Counted from the stretch's first letter, positions 41,192 through 50,253 are shown. The stretch is DNA of 64,000 nucleotides from Acidobacteriota bacterium (GCA_963664705.1 OY761556.1:4928001-4992000), one strand, 5' to 3'. Numbers and translations: made by a program. The notes: generated from the sequence alone by a model not told the origin.

Positions 41192-42058
41192 ATGGAAACA
41201 GCTGAGCTGGATGTAAAAAAACTGGTTAAAGAAAGGTATGGACTGGCGGCCACCCAGGCGCAGTCCGGTAGTCGCAGCTGCTGCGGGCCCTCGCCCAGCT
41301 GCTGTGGCGACAGCAGCGGAGTAGACCCCATTGTAAAAGATCTCTACAGTCTGAACGAAATGGCCGAGCTTCCGGAAAAGGCTGTCCTGGCTTCGCTTGG
41401 ATGCGGCAATCCCACGGCTTTGGCGGAGCTGAGTCCCGGCGAGATTGTACTCGATCTTGGTTCAGGCGGCGGGATTGACGTCCTTCTTTCCGCAAAGCGT
41501 GTGGGAAAGGAAGGCAGAGCATACGGACTGGACATGACCGATGAGATGCTCTCATTGGCTCGCGAAAATCAGCTCAAAGCCGGTGTACAGAATGCTGAAT
41601 TTCTTAAGGGTGAGATCGAGAATATTCCCCTGCCGGACAACTCGGTAGACGTGATTATCTCCAATTGCGTCATAAATCTCTCCGCAGATAAGGATCGTGT
41701 GGTAAAGGAAGCATTCCGGGTTTTGAAGCCGGGCGGCCGGTTTGCCGTTTCAGATGTTGTAGTGCTTGGTGATGTTCCGGCGGATATCCGGAGGAGCGTC
41801 GAACTTTGGGCCGGTTGCGTTGCAGGAGCGCTGCATCAGCAGGAATACTGTTCCAAGCTCGATAGTGCCGGATTCGAGGAGGTGCGGATTGAACCGACGC
41901 GCATTTATCATGGGCAGGAGGTCAGGGATCTTCTTTCCGGAACCGACCTCGGTACAGAAGCGATAATCGCCCAAATAGATGGTAAGTTCGCCAGCGCTTT
42001 CATTCGCGCTCGAAAACCCGCATCTTCATGCTGCAGCACCGGTTGCTGTAAAGGATAA
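41192..42058 (+). CDS. arsM: Arsenite S-adenosylmethionine methyltransferase
   Basis: SLGCGNP, LDLGSGGGID, GLDMTDEM, ISNCVINL, WAGCVAGAL; CC pairs at both termini. Confidence 0.95.
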   Translation: METAELDVKKLVKERYGLAATQAQSGSRSCCGPSPSCCGDSSGVDPIVKDLYSLNEMAELPEKAVLASLGCGNPTALAELSPGEIVLDLGSGGGIDVLLSAKRVGKEGRAYGLDMTDEMLSLARENQLKAGVQNAEFLKGEIENIPLPDNSVDVIISNCVINLSADKDRVVKEAFRVLKPGGRFAVSDVVVLGDVPADIRRSVELWAGCVAGALHQQEYCSKLDSAGFEEVRIEPTRIYHGQEVRDLLSGTDLGTEAIIAQIDGKFASAFIRARKPASSCCSTGCCKG

Positions 42059-42064
42059 TTGCAG

Positions 42065-42105
42065 AATTGCAGGCAGGTTCCTGTTATCGGGAACTTGCCT
42101 GAATT
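42065..42105. terminator. Hairpin between the two convergent operons, possible bidirectional terminator
   Basis: CAGGCAGGTTCC/GGAACTTGCCTG 12-bp stem flanked by AATT. Confidence 0.6.
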
Positions 42106-42107
42106 AT

Positions 42108-42794
42108 TCACTTCTCCTCAATAAATCTTCTATAGGCCGACAACAGCGACGCGCTATACTGCGTTTCTTCTTCCGGCAGAATTCGATGATAAATCCTGAC
42201 TGAATCAAGCAAGGCTTTGCCGCCTGATTCCTCAGCAGGGATGGACCGTTTAACGCATTGTTCGAAAATTTGCGTGAGCCCGGGTATTGTTACCTCCTCC
42301 CCTCCAATAACCACCGTTCCGCCAGGAACCGGGCGAGAACATGCACAGGCAGTTCCGGAATTGTGCTGCGCCTCAGGAAAAGTCTCGATGCTCAATAAGA
42401 CTTCATCAATCCGGGCCGATATTTGTTCTGCAACCGTCCAGACAGCCTCCTGATCCGGCTTCGATGCGCTGCGAGATGAACGGCTGCATCCGGTTGCTGC
42501 CGTGCCAAGTATTTCCGATACAATAAGCGCGGCGCTTACAGGGCCGCTATTCTGTTCCGTTCCATACCGGGCACACTGCCTGGGACAGCCGTCAATTGTG
42601 ATTGTCGGATGGTTTTTTGCAAAATTCTGTTCTCCTTCGTTGCCTGCAATGAACAAGGGCAGACAGATGGTCACAGTCTTGTCGGGCCGGAGCAACTCAA
42701 GAACTCTCCTTGTAGCCAGCCTGGCAATCGTGCCCTCTGCGATGGATTCGCCACTGCAGGAGACTATCCCAACTTTTGTTATTTCCGCGCTCAT
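42108..42794 (-). CDS. DGC-domain putative zinc-binding protein with C-terminal CAC extension
   Basis: SCSG, ICL, IDGCPRQCA motifs. Confidence 0.8.
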   Translation of the reverse strand: MSAEITKVGIVSCSGESIAEGTIARLATRRVLELLRPDKTVTICLPLFIAGNEGEQNFAKNHPTITIDGCPRQCARYGTEQNSGPVSAALIVSEILGTAATGCSRSSRSASKPDQEAVWTVAEQISARIDEVLLSIETFPEAQHNSGTACACSRPVPGGTVVIGGEEVTIPGLTQIFEQCVKRSIPAEESGGKALLDSVRIYHRILPEEETQYSASLLSAYRRFIEEK

Positions 42795-42796
42795 CT

Positions 42797-43234
42797 CTAC
42801 ACCGCCTTGTCCAACCGCATTGCCTCAGCAGCAACGGTTTTGGCAACATCCTTTGTTATTGCCCACCCTTCTTCGCTCAGGTCTGTTGCAGTTCCGGGTT
42901 TTGCGCCCCGATATTTCTTGAAGGCTTCCGAGACCTGAGCGGCACAGGCAACCTTACCGCCTGCCATCTCAACATTCTTTTTAGCGCATGCCTTTGGACA
43001 TCCGTCGATCGTAATACAGGGTTGTGTTTTGATCGCCGAAACAGCTTCTGCGTCTTTTATGACCAGCAAGCCCAGGCACAATGTGTCGGTTTGGCCGGGA
43101 GCTAATTCATCGGTTACCAGATACGTCGCTTCCCGGCTGATCAACCCGTGCACTTTCCCAATGCCGCTGCACGGTATTACAAGCACAGGCTTTTTGTTAA
43201 TCATCGGTTTCTCCACAGTTTGCTTCAATGTCAT
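42797..43234 (-). CDS. DGC-domain putative zinc-binding protein
   Basis: PCSG, LCL, IDGCPKACA motifs. Confidence 0.85.
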   Translation of the reverse strand: MTLKQTVEKPMINKKPVLVIPCSGIGKVHGLISREATYLVTDELAPGQTDTLCLGLLVIKDAEAVSAIKTQPCITIDGCPKACAKKNVEMAGGKVACAAQVSEAFKKYRGAKPGTATDLSEEGWAITKDVAKTVAAEAMRLDKAV

Positions 43235-43473
43235 TCCTCGTTGGCCGCGATCAGCTGTTTTATTTCATCCGTTGATGGGACTCTGCCGGCAACTTTGAGA
43301 ACACCATTGATGACCAGTCCTGGTGTCATAAGAATTTCAAATTTCAGAATGTCTTGAATTGCGGTTACCTTCTCGATTTCAGCATTCAAGCCAAGTTCCT
43401 TAACAGCTTTTTCCGCGTTTAATGCCAGCGTTTTGCATCTTGGGCACCCGGTCCCCAGTATCTGAATTTTCAA
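43231..43473 (-). CDS. Small thioredoxin-like redox protein, MTH895/ArsE family
   Basis: TTG start after AGGGAGA; KIQILGTGCPRC, TPGLVING. Confidence 0.88.
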   Translation of the reverse strand: MKIQILGTGCPRCKTLALNAEKAVKELGLNAEIEKVTAIQDILKFEILMTPGLVINGVLKVAGRVPSTDEIKQLIAANEE

Positions 43474-43493
43474 GCATCTCTCCCTTCTGCTGT

Positions 43494-43949
43494 TCAGTCG
43501 CACACTGTGCTGATTTCAGGCTCGAGAACCAATTCCGATTTGATTGAGTTCGCCACAAGGCTGTATTTAACAGCGCTGTCCAAAGCTCGCTGCAATCTCT
43601 TGAGAGTGTTATTGTGATTTGAGGCATCGGTCCGCAAAACAATACGTGGCCGCAGCAGGACCTGCGTGAATGTTTCAGTCCGATCGAGTTCAATCTGCTT
43701 TCTGCCCTCGGCATTGCATTGGTAGCTGACCAGATCCAGCTTGTATCTCTTAGCCGACCAGATGAACATCATCATCACGCACATGTTGACTGCGGCCACA
43801 AATGCATCCTCCGGTGTGAGCACTCCTTCGTGTCCATGAGCATCTGGAGGTGCGGAAAAATCCATTTCAGGGCCATTCCCCATTCGGATACGTCCCCAGT
43901 GTTCGCCTTTCCATTCCACCGTTGTGTTATAAACTGCGGTTTGTGACAT
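43494..43949 (-). CDS. OsmC-family protein
   Basis: SAPP...TPEDAFVAAVNMC; second Cys position reads KYSLVANS. Confidence 0.82.
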   Translation of the reverse strand: MSQTAVYNTTVEWKGEHWGRIRMGNGPEMDFSAPPDAHGHEGVLTPEDAFVAAVNMCVMMMFIWSAKRYKLDLVSYQCNAEGRKQIELDRTETFTQVLLRPRIVLRTDASNHNNTLKRLQRALDSAVKYSLVANSIKSELVLEPEISTVCD

Positions 43950-43974
43950 TGGTATTCCCCGAAACTGGTTTTGA

Positions 43975-44433
43975 TCAGGCCTGCAGCTCCGCCTCAGCCT
44001 GCTGCTTTGCAATTTTTGCGTATTCGCCGGCATCCAGGAGCTTGTTCATTTCGTGCTCAAGCTTTTCGACCTCCAGGATCGCCATCCAACCGCTGCCATA
44101 TGGATCTCCATTGATCAGTTCCGGCGATTCCTCGAGCGCCGGGTTGATTTCGACAACTTTCCCTTTCATTGGGGAAGGAAGACTTATATTTACCTTTACA
44201 GTCTCGATACTGGCGATTTCGTCACCGGCTTCCAGCCGACGGCCCAATTCCGGTAGATTTGCGAATGCAATATCTCCATTCCTTTGCTGGGCAAAGTCGG
44301 CTAAACCCAGGCGAGCCAAATCACCCTCCTGTTTGATCCACATGCCCGAATCGCTGTACTTCAATCCCGCAGGAAATTTAAATATGAATTTATCAACGGT
44401 GATACTGATGATGTCATTTGCATTACCCGGCAT
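43975..44433 (-). CDS. Glycine cleavage H-like lipoyl carrier protein (orphan)
   Basis: RLGLADFAQ..GDI, IETVKV lipoyl-Lys, SPMKG, PELINGDPYGSGW. Confidence 0.88.
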   Translation of the reverse strand: MPGNANDIISITVDKFIFKFPAGLKYSDSGMWIKQEGDLARLGLADFAQQRNGDIAFANLPELGRRLEAGDEIASIETVKVNISLPSPMKGKVVEINPALEESPELINGDPYGSGWMAILEVEKLEHEMNKLLDAGEYAKIAKQQAEAELQA

Positions 44434-44471
44434 ATTCGCTACCTCGCTTCAAAAAACGGGATGTGGACTTC

Positions 44472-44957
44472 CTACTTGGCAATCTTCTGCTTCACCATCG
44501 AGTATCCCTTCTCGTCCCAAAGGATCAGCCCGCCCTCCAGAACCTTCACATTCTCACTTCTATATCCCAGTTGCCTGAATTCCAGTGCCATTTTTGCGCT
44601 GTCGGTTCCCTCTTCGCACAAGCAGTAGATCACTATCGGCTTGTCCATTGGCAATCCCATCATAGAAAGCTGTCTTTGAGCGGGATCGGCCATGGCATCG
44701 TAAGTAATGTTGATCGACGAAGGTATGTGCCACATTTCGTATCCCTCCGCCGATTGGGTATCCACAATGATGATGTCCGCCTTTTTCTTTAACAGCTGAA
44801 CAAGTACTTTGGCAGGCATCCTCGGAACCTCGGGATGGGCGAGCTTGGCTTTGGTTTCCGCCTTCTGAACGACGGCGCTCTTATTCTGGGAAAAAGAAAT
44901 CAGGCAACAACCGGCCATTATCAAAGCAAGCATTGCCGGTATCTTCCGGTTCTTCAT
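44472..44957 (-). CDS. Exported single-domain rhodanese
   Basis: Signal peptide; WHIPSSINI, YCLCEEGTDS loop, VKVLEGGL..W. Confidence 0.85.
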   Translation of the reverse strand: MKNRKIPAMLALIMAGCCLISFSQNKSAVVQKAETKAKLAHPEVPRMPAKVLVQLLKKKADIIIVDTQSAEGYEMWHIPSSINITYDAMADPAQRQLSMMGLPMDKPIVIYCLCEEGTDSAKMALEFRQLGYRSENVKVLEGGLILWDEKGYSMVKQKIAK

Positions 44958-44974
44958 TTATTGGCTCCTTCGGG

Positions 44975-45472
44975 CTACTCAGATATCTTCTCTTTATACA
45001 TTGGATAGCCTTTTTCATCCCATTTCGTCAGGCCGCCTTCTAATACCTTCACATTCTTCCAGGCATGCCCCAGGCGTCTTAATTCCAATGCTTCCTCGGA
45101 ACTGTCCACTCCTTCCTCACATAGGCAATAGAGCACGACCAATTTTCCGACAGGTATCTTCTTCAGTTTTCTATCCCGGCTGGCACCACCATCCAACGAG
45201 TTATACGGGATGTTGATTGCGGATAGAATATGCCAGGAATCGAAGAAGTCTTTGGGATTAACGTCGATCAGCACGAGATCCGCTTTTTTCGCAAGCAGGT
45301 CCTTTAATTCATTAGCGGGTATCCGCTGCACCTCAGGGTGAAATATTTTCGGTTTTCCAGGATTCGGAGTAGTTCGCTCCTGTGCGGCGCAAATGCTTTC
45401 CTCAACACCAAAACAAATCGCAAAGAAAAGAAAAATCCTCAGAAATTGATAGTTGGTGAATACCCTCTTCAT
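44975..45472 (-). CDS. Exported single-domain rhodanese (paralog)
   Basis: Signal peptide; WHILSAINIP, YCLCEEGVDS loop, VKVLEGGL..W. Confidence 0.85.
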   Translation of the reverse strand: MKRVFTNYQFLRIFLFFAICFGVEESICAAQERTTPNPGKPKIFHPEVQRIPANELKDLLAKKADLVLIDVNPKDFFDSWHILSAINIPYNSLDGGASRDRKLKKIPVGKLVVLYCLCEEGVDSSEEALELRRLGHAWKNVKVLEGGLTKWDEKGYPMYKEKISE

Positions 45473-45488
45473 GATTGCAATTTCCTTT

Positions 45489-46757
45489 CTATGGGCATTG
45501 GATAATTCCTTGAGCCCACAGACAGCCTCCGCAGGTTGGGAATGTACTCCCCATGCAATCCTGTTCATTTTCTGCAAAAAGCCCGCAACCGCCACAGTAG
45601 GTGCAGGGCGCAAAATCAAAGCTCTGGACGCGCTCACGAAATTGCAGATATTCCAACTCATTCCAAAGGGCCATAATTGGACGTTCGTTTACATTTCCGA
45701 CTGCATATTGCCGCGAGAATCGCTCGATGCCATCGACATGGTTTCTGTGACTATGAAGAAGAGGAAGGCAGGGACTGAGAGCTCCATCCCACCGGATGGC
45801 ACAGGCTCCGCTTTCGATGAACGGGCAGTAGTCATTGCCTTCACCAAAATGATTGCGAGCAAAGGTCAATCCGTGTCCGGCATGTAGGGATGAATAAAGT
45901 GAGCCCTTCGTCACTTCGTCTACATCGATTTTCGGAAGATCGAGCCTGTAAACGGAAGAGTGATAAAGCACGTTCCGCAGAGCTTTTGAATACAGGATTT
46001 CCTTCTCCATCTCTCCACTGTAAGGAATGACATTGGTTACCATCACAGTTCCAACTCCCAGTTTTTGGGCGAGCGGAAGCAGCAGAGGAAGATCATGAAA
46101 ATTCCTCTTCATTGCCACAAATACAATTCCAATCTCGGGTCTCACATGATATTTGGAGAAAGGAGAGGGTGACGGTGCGCGGACGAATATCCGTGTGTTA
46201 TGAAAGACCTTGAGGTTTTCGATCACATCAGGCAATAAAGCGCCCAAACGTATGTCGCCATAGGATTCTGGGTTTGCACCATCCAGAGATACCCACAGAC
46301 GGTCCAGCCCGGCTTCAATCAGTCCTTCAGACATCTGCTTTGTCAGCAATGTGCCATTGGTGATCAATTCCACCGTGGAACCTAGGGCCTTTGCCTTTGC
46401 AACCATCTCGATGATATCTGGATGAGAAAGCGGTTCGCCGAGCCCGCCGAAAAAGACGCTGGGTGGCGTGGGAGATTCCTTCAGCCCCTCCATTATCCTC
46501 GAAAAAGAGCCGTTGCTCATGGTGCCCATGGGCTCATTCCAGGCATTTCTCATGCAGGTTCGGCATTCAAGATTGCATCGGTTTGTCGGCTCTATATATA
46601 ACTTTTTCAGAAGTGTAACCGGCAAGCGAAGCCGTAATCCCTTGGCGGTTTCCTCCACGCACACATGTGCTCCAGCCATAAGCCCATACTTGCGTACGAA
46701 TTCCTCCGGGAATACCAGCTCTCCATTTTTGTTTACCAGGGCCAGATACCTATCCAT
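45489..46757 (-). CDS. Radical SAM/SPASM enzyme with N-terminal AbrB-like domain (resembles tungsten-oxidoreductase maturase family)
   Basis: CNLECRTC, GGLGEP, CPF..WDG..SPC, CTYCGGC..DC..CGGCLWAQGIIQCP. Confidence 0.9.
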   Translation of the reverse strand: MDRYLALVNKNGELVFPEEFVRKYGLMAGAHVCVEETAKGLRLRLPVTLLKKLYIEPTNRCNLECRTCMRNAWNEPMGTMSNGSFSRIMEGLKESPTPPSVFFGGLGEPLSHPDIIEMVAKAKALGSTVELITNGTLLTKQMSEGLIEAGLDRLWVSLDGANPESYGDIRLGALLPDVIENLKVFHNTRIFVRAPSPSPFSKYHVRPEIGIVFVAMKRNFHDLPLLLPLAQKLGVGTVMVTNVIPYSGEMEKEILYSKALRNVLYHSSVYRLDLPKIDVDEVTKGSLYSSLHAGHGLTFARNHFGEGNDYCPFIESGACAIRWDGALSPCLPLLHSHRNHVDGIERFSRQYAVGNVNERPIMALWNELEYLQFRERVQSFDFAPCTYCGGCGLFAENEQDCMGSTFPTCGGCLWAQGIIQCP

Positions 46758-46777
46758 CTCGTTTCCCTGCTGAAAAT

Positions 46778-48055
46778 CTACGGACACCTTACTATGCCTT
46801 GAGCCCACAAACAGCCTCCGCAGGCCGGGATCGGACTTCCTATGCAATCTTCCTGGTTGGATTCAAACAACTCGCACCCGCCGCAAAGAATGCATGGAGA
46901 GAAATTGAATTCCTGGACGCGTCTGCGCAACGTGAGGTAGTCGGGCTTATTCCAAATATCCCATAGGCTCTGGGCCAGCACATTTCCAAATACGTGGCGC
47001 TTTAGTGAGCGTTCATATTTGTGCAGATACGCTTTGTGGTCGTGCAGGAGTGCAAGGCAGGGGCTTACATCGCCATCCCACCGGATTGCCAGAGATCCTC
47101 TCTCAACAAACGGGCAGGAATTATTTCGTTCTCCCAATCCGGCGCCTGAAATGCTCAAGTAATGATTACCCCGCATTGCATGATAAATGGCTTCCCTGGT
47201 TATCGGGCTGACATCCATTTTGGGGAAATCCAGCGAGCGCAATAACGGCGCCGACGTATAAATGGCATCTGAAATCGCTCGGGAATACAGGATTTCGTTT
47301 TCCATTTCAGGCAGGTAGGGAATTATATTTGTTACCAGAAACTGCAGGGAGCCCAGCTGATTCGCCAGGCTGAACATAGCGGGAAGATCCCCGATATTTC
47401 GCCTCATTGCCACAAAAACAACCCCCAACTGCGGTTTCAGAAACTGGTCAAAGCCGCCAAAATCCATCATGGGGGAATAACGGATACGCCGGAACTGCTG
47501 CAGATTGGAAATGACCTCCGGCAGCGCTGCTCCCAGTCGAACGTCTTTGTAGCTCTCGGGAGTCGCTCCATCGAGCGATACCCACAGCATGTCGAGTCCT
47601 GCTTCAATCAGCTGTTTGGACAGGTTTTGTGTCAACAGTGTTGCGTTTGTAATCAGTTCGACATAGGATCCGCTCGATTTCAGTTCTCTCACCATCTCCA
47701 CGATATGCGGGTGCGAAAGCGGTTCTCCGAGGCCTCCTAAAAAGACACTTGGCGGTGCCGGCAGGTTCTTGATGCCTTTGACGATATTGGAGAAGACGCT
47801 TGAAGGCATTTCCCCAAGCGGCTCATCCCAGCTGCGGCGTATGCAGGTAACACAATCCAGATTGCAGCGATTCGTGGGCTCTATATAGACGCGGGCCAGG
47901 TGGGTCACGGGACGCAGCAGGTGCATCCCGTTCGCGTTGTTTTCGAGGCGGACCCGTGTTCCCGGCTTCAGGTCATATCTCTTTACAAGTGCTTCCGGGA
48001 GTACCAGGCGTCCCGATTCATCCACGGTTGCGTCAAAGCCGTCCTCAATCTTCAA
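46778..48055 (-). CDS. Radical SAM/SPASM enzyme with N-terminal AbrB-like domain (paralog)
   Basis: TVDESGRLVLPEALVKRYDLKPG AbrB motif; CNLDCVTC; CILCGGC..CGGCLWAQGIVRCP. Confidence 0.9.
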   Translation of the reverse strand: MKIEDGFDATVDESGRLVLPEALVKRYDLKPGTRVRLENNANGMHLLRPVTHLARVYIEPTNRCNLDCVTCIRRSWDEPLGEMPSSVFSNIVKGIKNLPAPPSVFLGGLGEPLSHPHIVEMVRELKSSGSYVELITNATLLTQNLSKQLIEAGLDMLWVSLDGATPESYKDVRLGAALPEVISNLQQFRRIRYSPMMDFGGFDQFLKPQLGVVFVAMRRNIGDLPAMFSLANQLGSLQFLVTNIIPYLPEMENEILYSRAISDAIYTSAPLLRSLDFPKMDVSPITREAIYHAMRGNHYLSISGAGLGERNNSCPFVERGSLAIRWDGDVSPCLALLHDHKAYLHKYERSLKRHVFGNVLAQSLWDIWNKPDYLTLRRRVQEFNFSPCILCGGCELFESNQEDCIGSPIPACGGCLWAQGIVRCP

Positions 48056-48067
48056 CTGCCACCCTCT

Positions 48068-48763
48068 TTAAAATCCCGTGAAACCGAAAATGCTTTTAAG
48101 CAATAGATACAGGCCCGCAGCAATAAACACATACGCGGTTGCCTTGCGCACCCACTTTTCGATTTGGGTTAGCCGGTCAAAAAACCTTCCAAGCGATTTC
48201 ATGCCGAATGCCATTACGATGGCAAAACCAATCACAGGCAGCGCCGTTCCCAGACCATAGACCGAAGGCATCAGGACCGCGGACTTGCCGTCTACTGCAA
48301 GAGGAATAAGGCTTCCAAAATACAGGGCGGCCGAGAGTGGGCAAAAAGTTAGGGCAAACACTATACCCAGCAATCCGGAACCCCAGAGCCCTAAGCGACC
48401 GGCCCGGTCTTGGACCGAAGAGCTGAAAACCGATGCGGAAAAGGATATCGGCAGCACTTCAAGCAGGACAATTCCCACAATGATCAGGAGCGGCCCGATT
48501 ACTTTGTGCATGTTTGTTTCGAGGAAGAATGAAACTTCCGGAAGCGAGAGCAGACTTGCCACGGCCAAAACCGCGATCACAATATAGACCAGCATTCTTC
48601 CTATCGAGTAAATGACTCCGCTCCAAAACACTTTTTGCGACGACCCCATGCTCCTGGCCACGAATGATATCGCTGCAACATTGGTGGCGAGCGGACACGG
48701 ACTGATTGACGTCAGAACTCCCAACCAAAATGCCGAAAATACGTTCAGGTACCAGCTTTCCAT
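48068..48763 (-). CDS. DsbD/CcdA-like membrane protein, ArsG family
   Basis: SISPCPLATN and FALTFCPxSAALYFG; about 6 TM helices. Confidence 0.82.
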   Translation of the reverse strand: MESWYLNVFSAFWLGVLTSISPCPLATNVAAISFVARSMGSSQKVFWSGVIYSIGRMLVYIVIAVLAVASLLSLPEVSFFLETNMHKVIGPLLIIVGIVLLEVLPISFSASVFSSSVQDRAGRLGLWGSGLLGIVFALTFCPLSAALYFGSLIPLAVDGKSAVLMPSVYGLGTALPVIGFAIVMAFGMKSLGRFFDRLTQIEKWVRKATAYVFIAAGLYLLLKSIFGFTGF

Positions 48764-48772
48764 GGATATCCC

Positions 48773-49219
48773 CTACATGCCGGCCAGATAGCCGCGGACT
48801 TCCTTGCGAACATAATTGAGGAAAGCCTCTTTGTGGCCGGTCAGTTGCCATACCATCTTTAGATTCGTCCATTTGGTTTGTTTGCCGTTCACCATGCTCA
48901 CCAGAACGAGCGACTTGGAAACGAGCTTGTAATCCTGAATAAAATGCCGGTTCATGGGATCCTCATAATTGACAACCCTCATTTCCAGAGTTCCATTTTT
49001 CAGCTCATTCGGAAAGCCCTGTTCTATTGCCTCATGAGAGAACTGCTCTATTTTCACGCAGGTGCTGCACCGCGTATTGGTGTGGAAGTAATAGGCTATA
49101 ACCTTGTGCTGGCCGGTGTTTGTTTCAGGTTGCCGCGCTTCGGCAAACAATCCGGAGGCCAATAGCACAATTGTTGCAACCGAGAAAAGCAATAGAATCA
49201 GTCTTATGTTTCTGGTCAT
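48773..49219 (-). CDS. Exported thioredoxin-fold protein, ArsF family
   Basis: Signal peptide; YYFHTNTRCSTCVKIE. Confidence 0.8.
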   Translation of the reverse strand: MTRNIRLILLLFSVATIVLLASGLFAEARQPETNTGQHKVIAYYFHTNTRCSTCVKIEQFSHEAIEQGFPNELKNGTLEMRVVNYEDPMNRHFIQDYKLVSKSLVLVSMVNGKQTKWTNLKMVWQLTGHKEAFLNYVRKEVRGYLAGM

Positions 49220-49231
49220 GGTATTGCCTCA

Positions 49232-49657
49232 TCATTCCTGGCTTAAGTAAGTTCCCTCCGCCAACGAACCATCCATCAAGGCGGGATATTCCCGTTCTGG
49301 AGGATAGGGATCCAGTCTGCAGGCGCCATTCCGAACCGCTTCCTTCAGTCGAACCAGATCCTCTTTCATGACTTGGTCCTTGGGACAGCATTTGTCCAAC
49401 AGCTCAAAGAGAGCCTCTATTTGAGCTGTGCCTGGAGGCACAAGGGAATAGATGATCCGGCTTCCGCTCCGGCAATCTTCTACAAGTCCTGAATGCCTCA
49501 AGGCAGCGAGATGGCGGGACGCCATCGTTTGTGAAATCCTGAGTACCGCATGCAGTTCACATACACAGATGCTCCCCAATCTAAGCAGGTTGAGCAGTCG
49601 GAGCCTTGTCGGATCCGATACGGCCTTGAACAACTGGTCAAGCGGTTGTTGTCTCAT
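49232..49657 (-). CDS. arsR: ArsR/SmtB-family repressor
   Basis: [27 protein letters not shown]. Confidence 0.92.
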   Translation of the reverse strand: MRQQPLDQLFKAVSDPTRLRLLNLLRLGSICVCELHAVLRISQTMASRHLAALRHSGLVEDCRSGSRIIYSLVPPGTAQIEALFELLDKCCPKDQVMKEDLVRLKEAVRNGACRLDPYPPEREYPALMDGSLAEGTYLSQE

Positions 49658-49668
49658 CGATCTATTCC

Positions 49669-49690
49669 TATATGCGCTTATGCGAATATA
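49669..49690. promoter_or_regulatory. Probable ArsR operator 1
   Basis: TATATGCGC-TTAT-GCGAATATA, 8/9 inverted repeat just upstream of the leftward arsR. Confidence 0.65.
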
Positions 49691-49769
49691 ACGATATCCC
49701 TGCGGGAAGTACGATTACAAGAGCATTTTAATGTTTCTGGAGAACTCCCTTCGAAGTTCCCAATTCACC

Positions 49770-49798
49770 TTGACTGCATTCGTTAAACCGCATATACA
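49770..49798 (+). promoter_or_regulatory. Promoter of arsR-acr3 with probable ArsR operator 2
   Basis: TTGACT-N17-TATACA; ATTCG..AA.CGCATATA matches operator 1 reverse complement. Confidence 0.6.
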
Positions 49799-49821
49799 CA
49801 TATTATCAACAGGGAGATGAA

Positions 49822-50253
49822 ATGAAGAATGCAGCTCGGTTTTTCAAAGCACTGTCGGACGAATCGCGGCTGAAAATGCTTTGGCTTCTGCTGAACCATC
49901 GGGAACTCTGTGTTTGCGATATCATGGCCGTTCTCGAGATTACGCAATCGAAAGCCTCCAGGCACCTCGCCGCCCTTCGGCATATCGGAATTGCCACGGA
50001 CCGGAGAGAAGGATTGTGGGCTTATTATTCGCTCCGCCCGGCGGACAATGATCTTGCGCAAGAACATCTGAAACTGCTCCGCAGAACCCTAGCAAAGCTG
50101 CCGGATGCGAAACCGCTTCTGGAAAAACTCGATTCATGGCTCAAGGCAAAAAGCGGCGGCGAAACCTGCATAAACACCAATGGAAACGTGACCTTGAAAA
50201 ACAAAGCCAAAAAGGGTTCCAACAGAGCCTCTCTCACAGGAGTATCTCGATGA
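49822..50253 (+). CDS. arsR: ArsR/SmtB-family repressor
   Basis: [17 protein letters not shown] As(III) site, SRHLAALR. Confidence 0.93.
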   Translation: MKNAARFFKALSDESRLKMLWLLLNHRELCVCDIMAVLEITQSKASRHLAALRHIGIATDRREGLWAYYSLRPADNDLAQEHLKLLRRTLAKLPDAKPLLEKLDSWLKAKSGGETCINTNGNVTLKNKAKKGSNRASLTGVSR

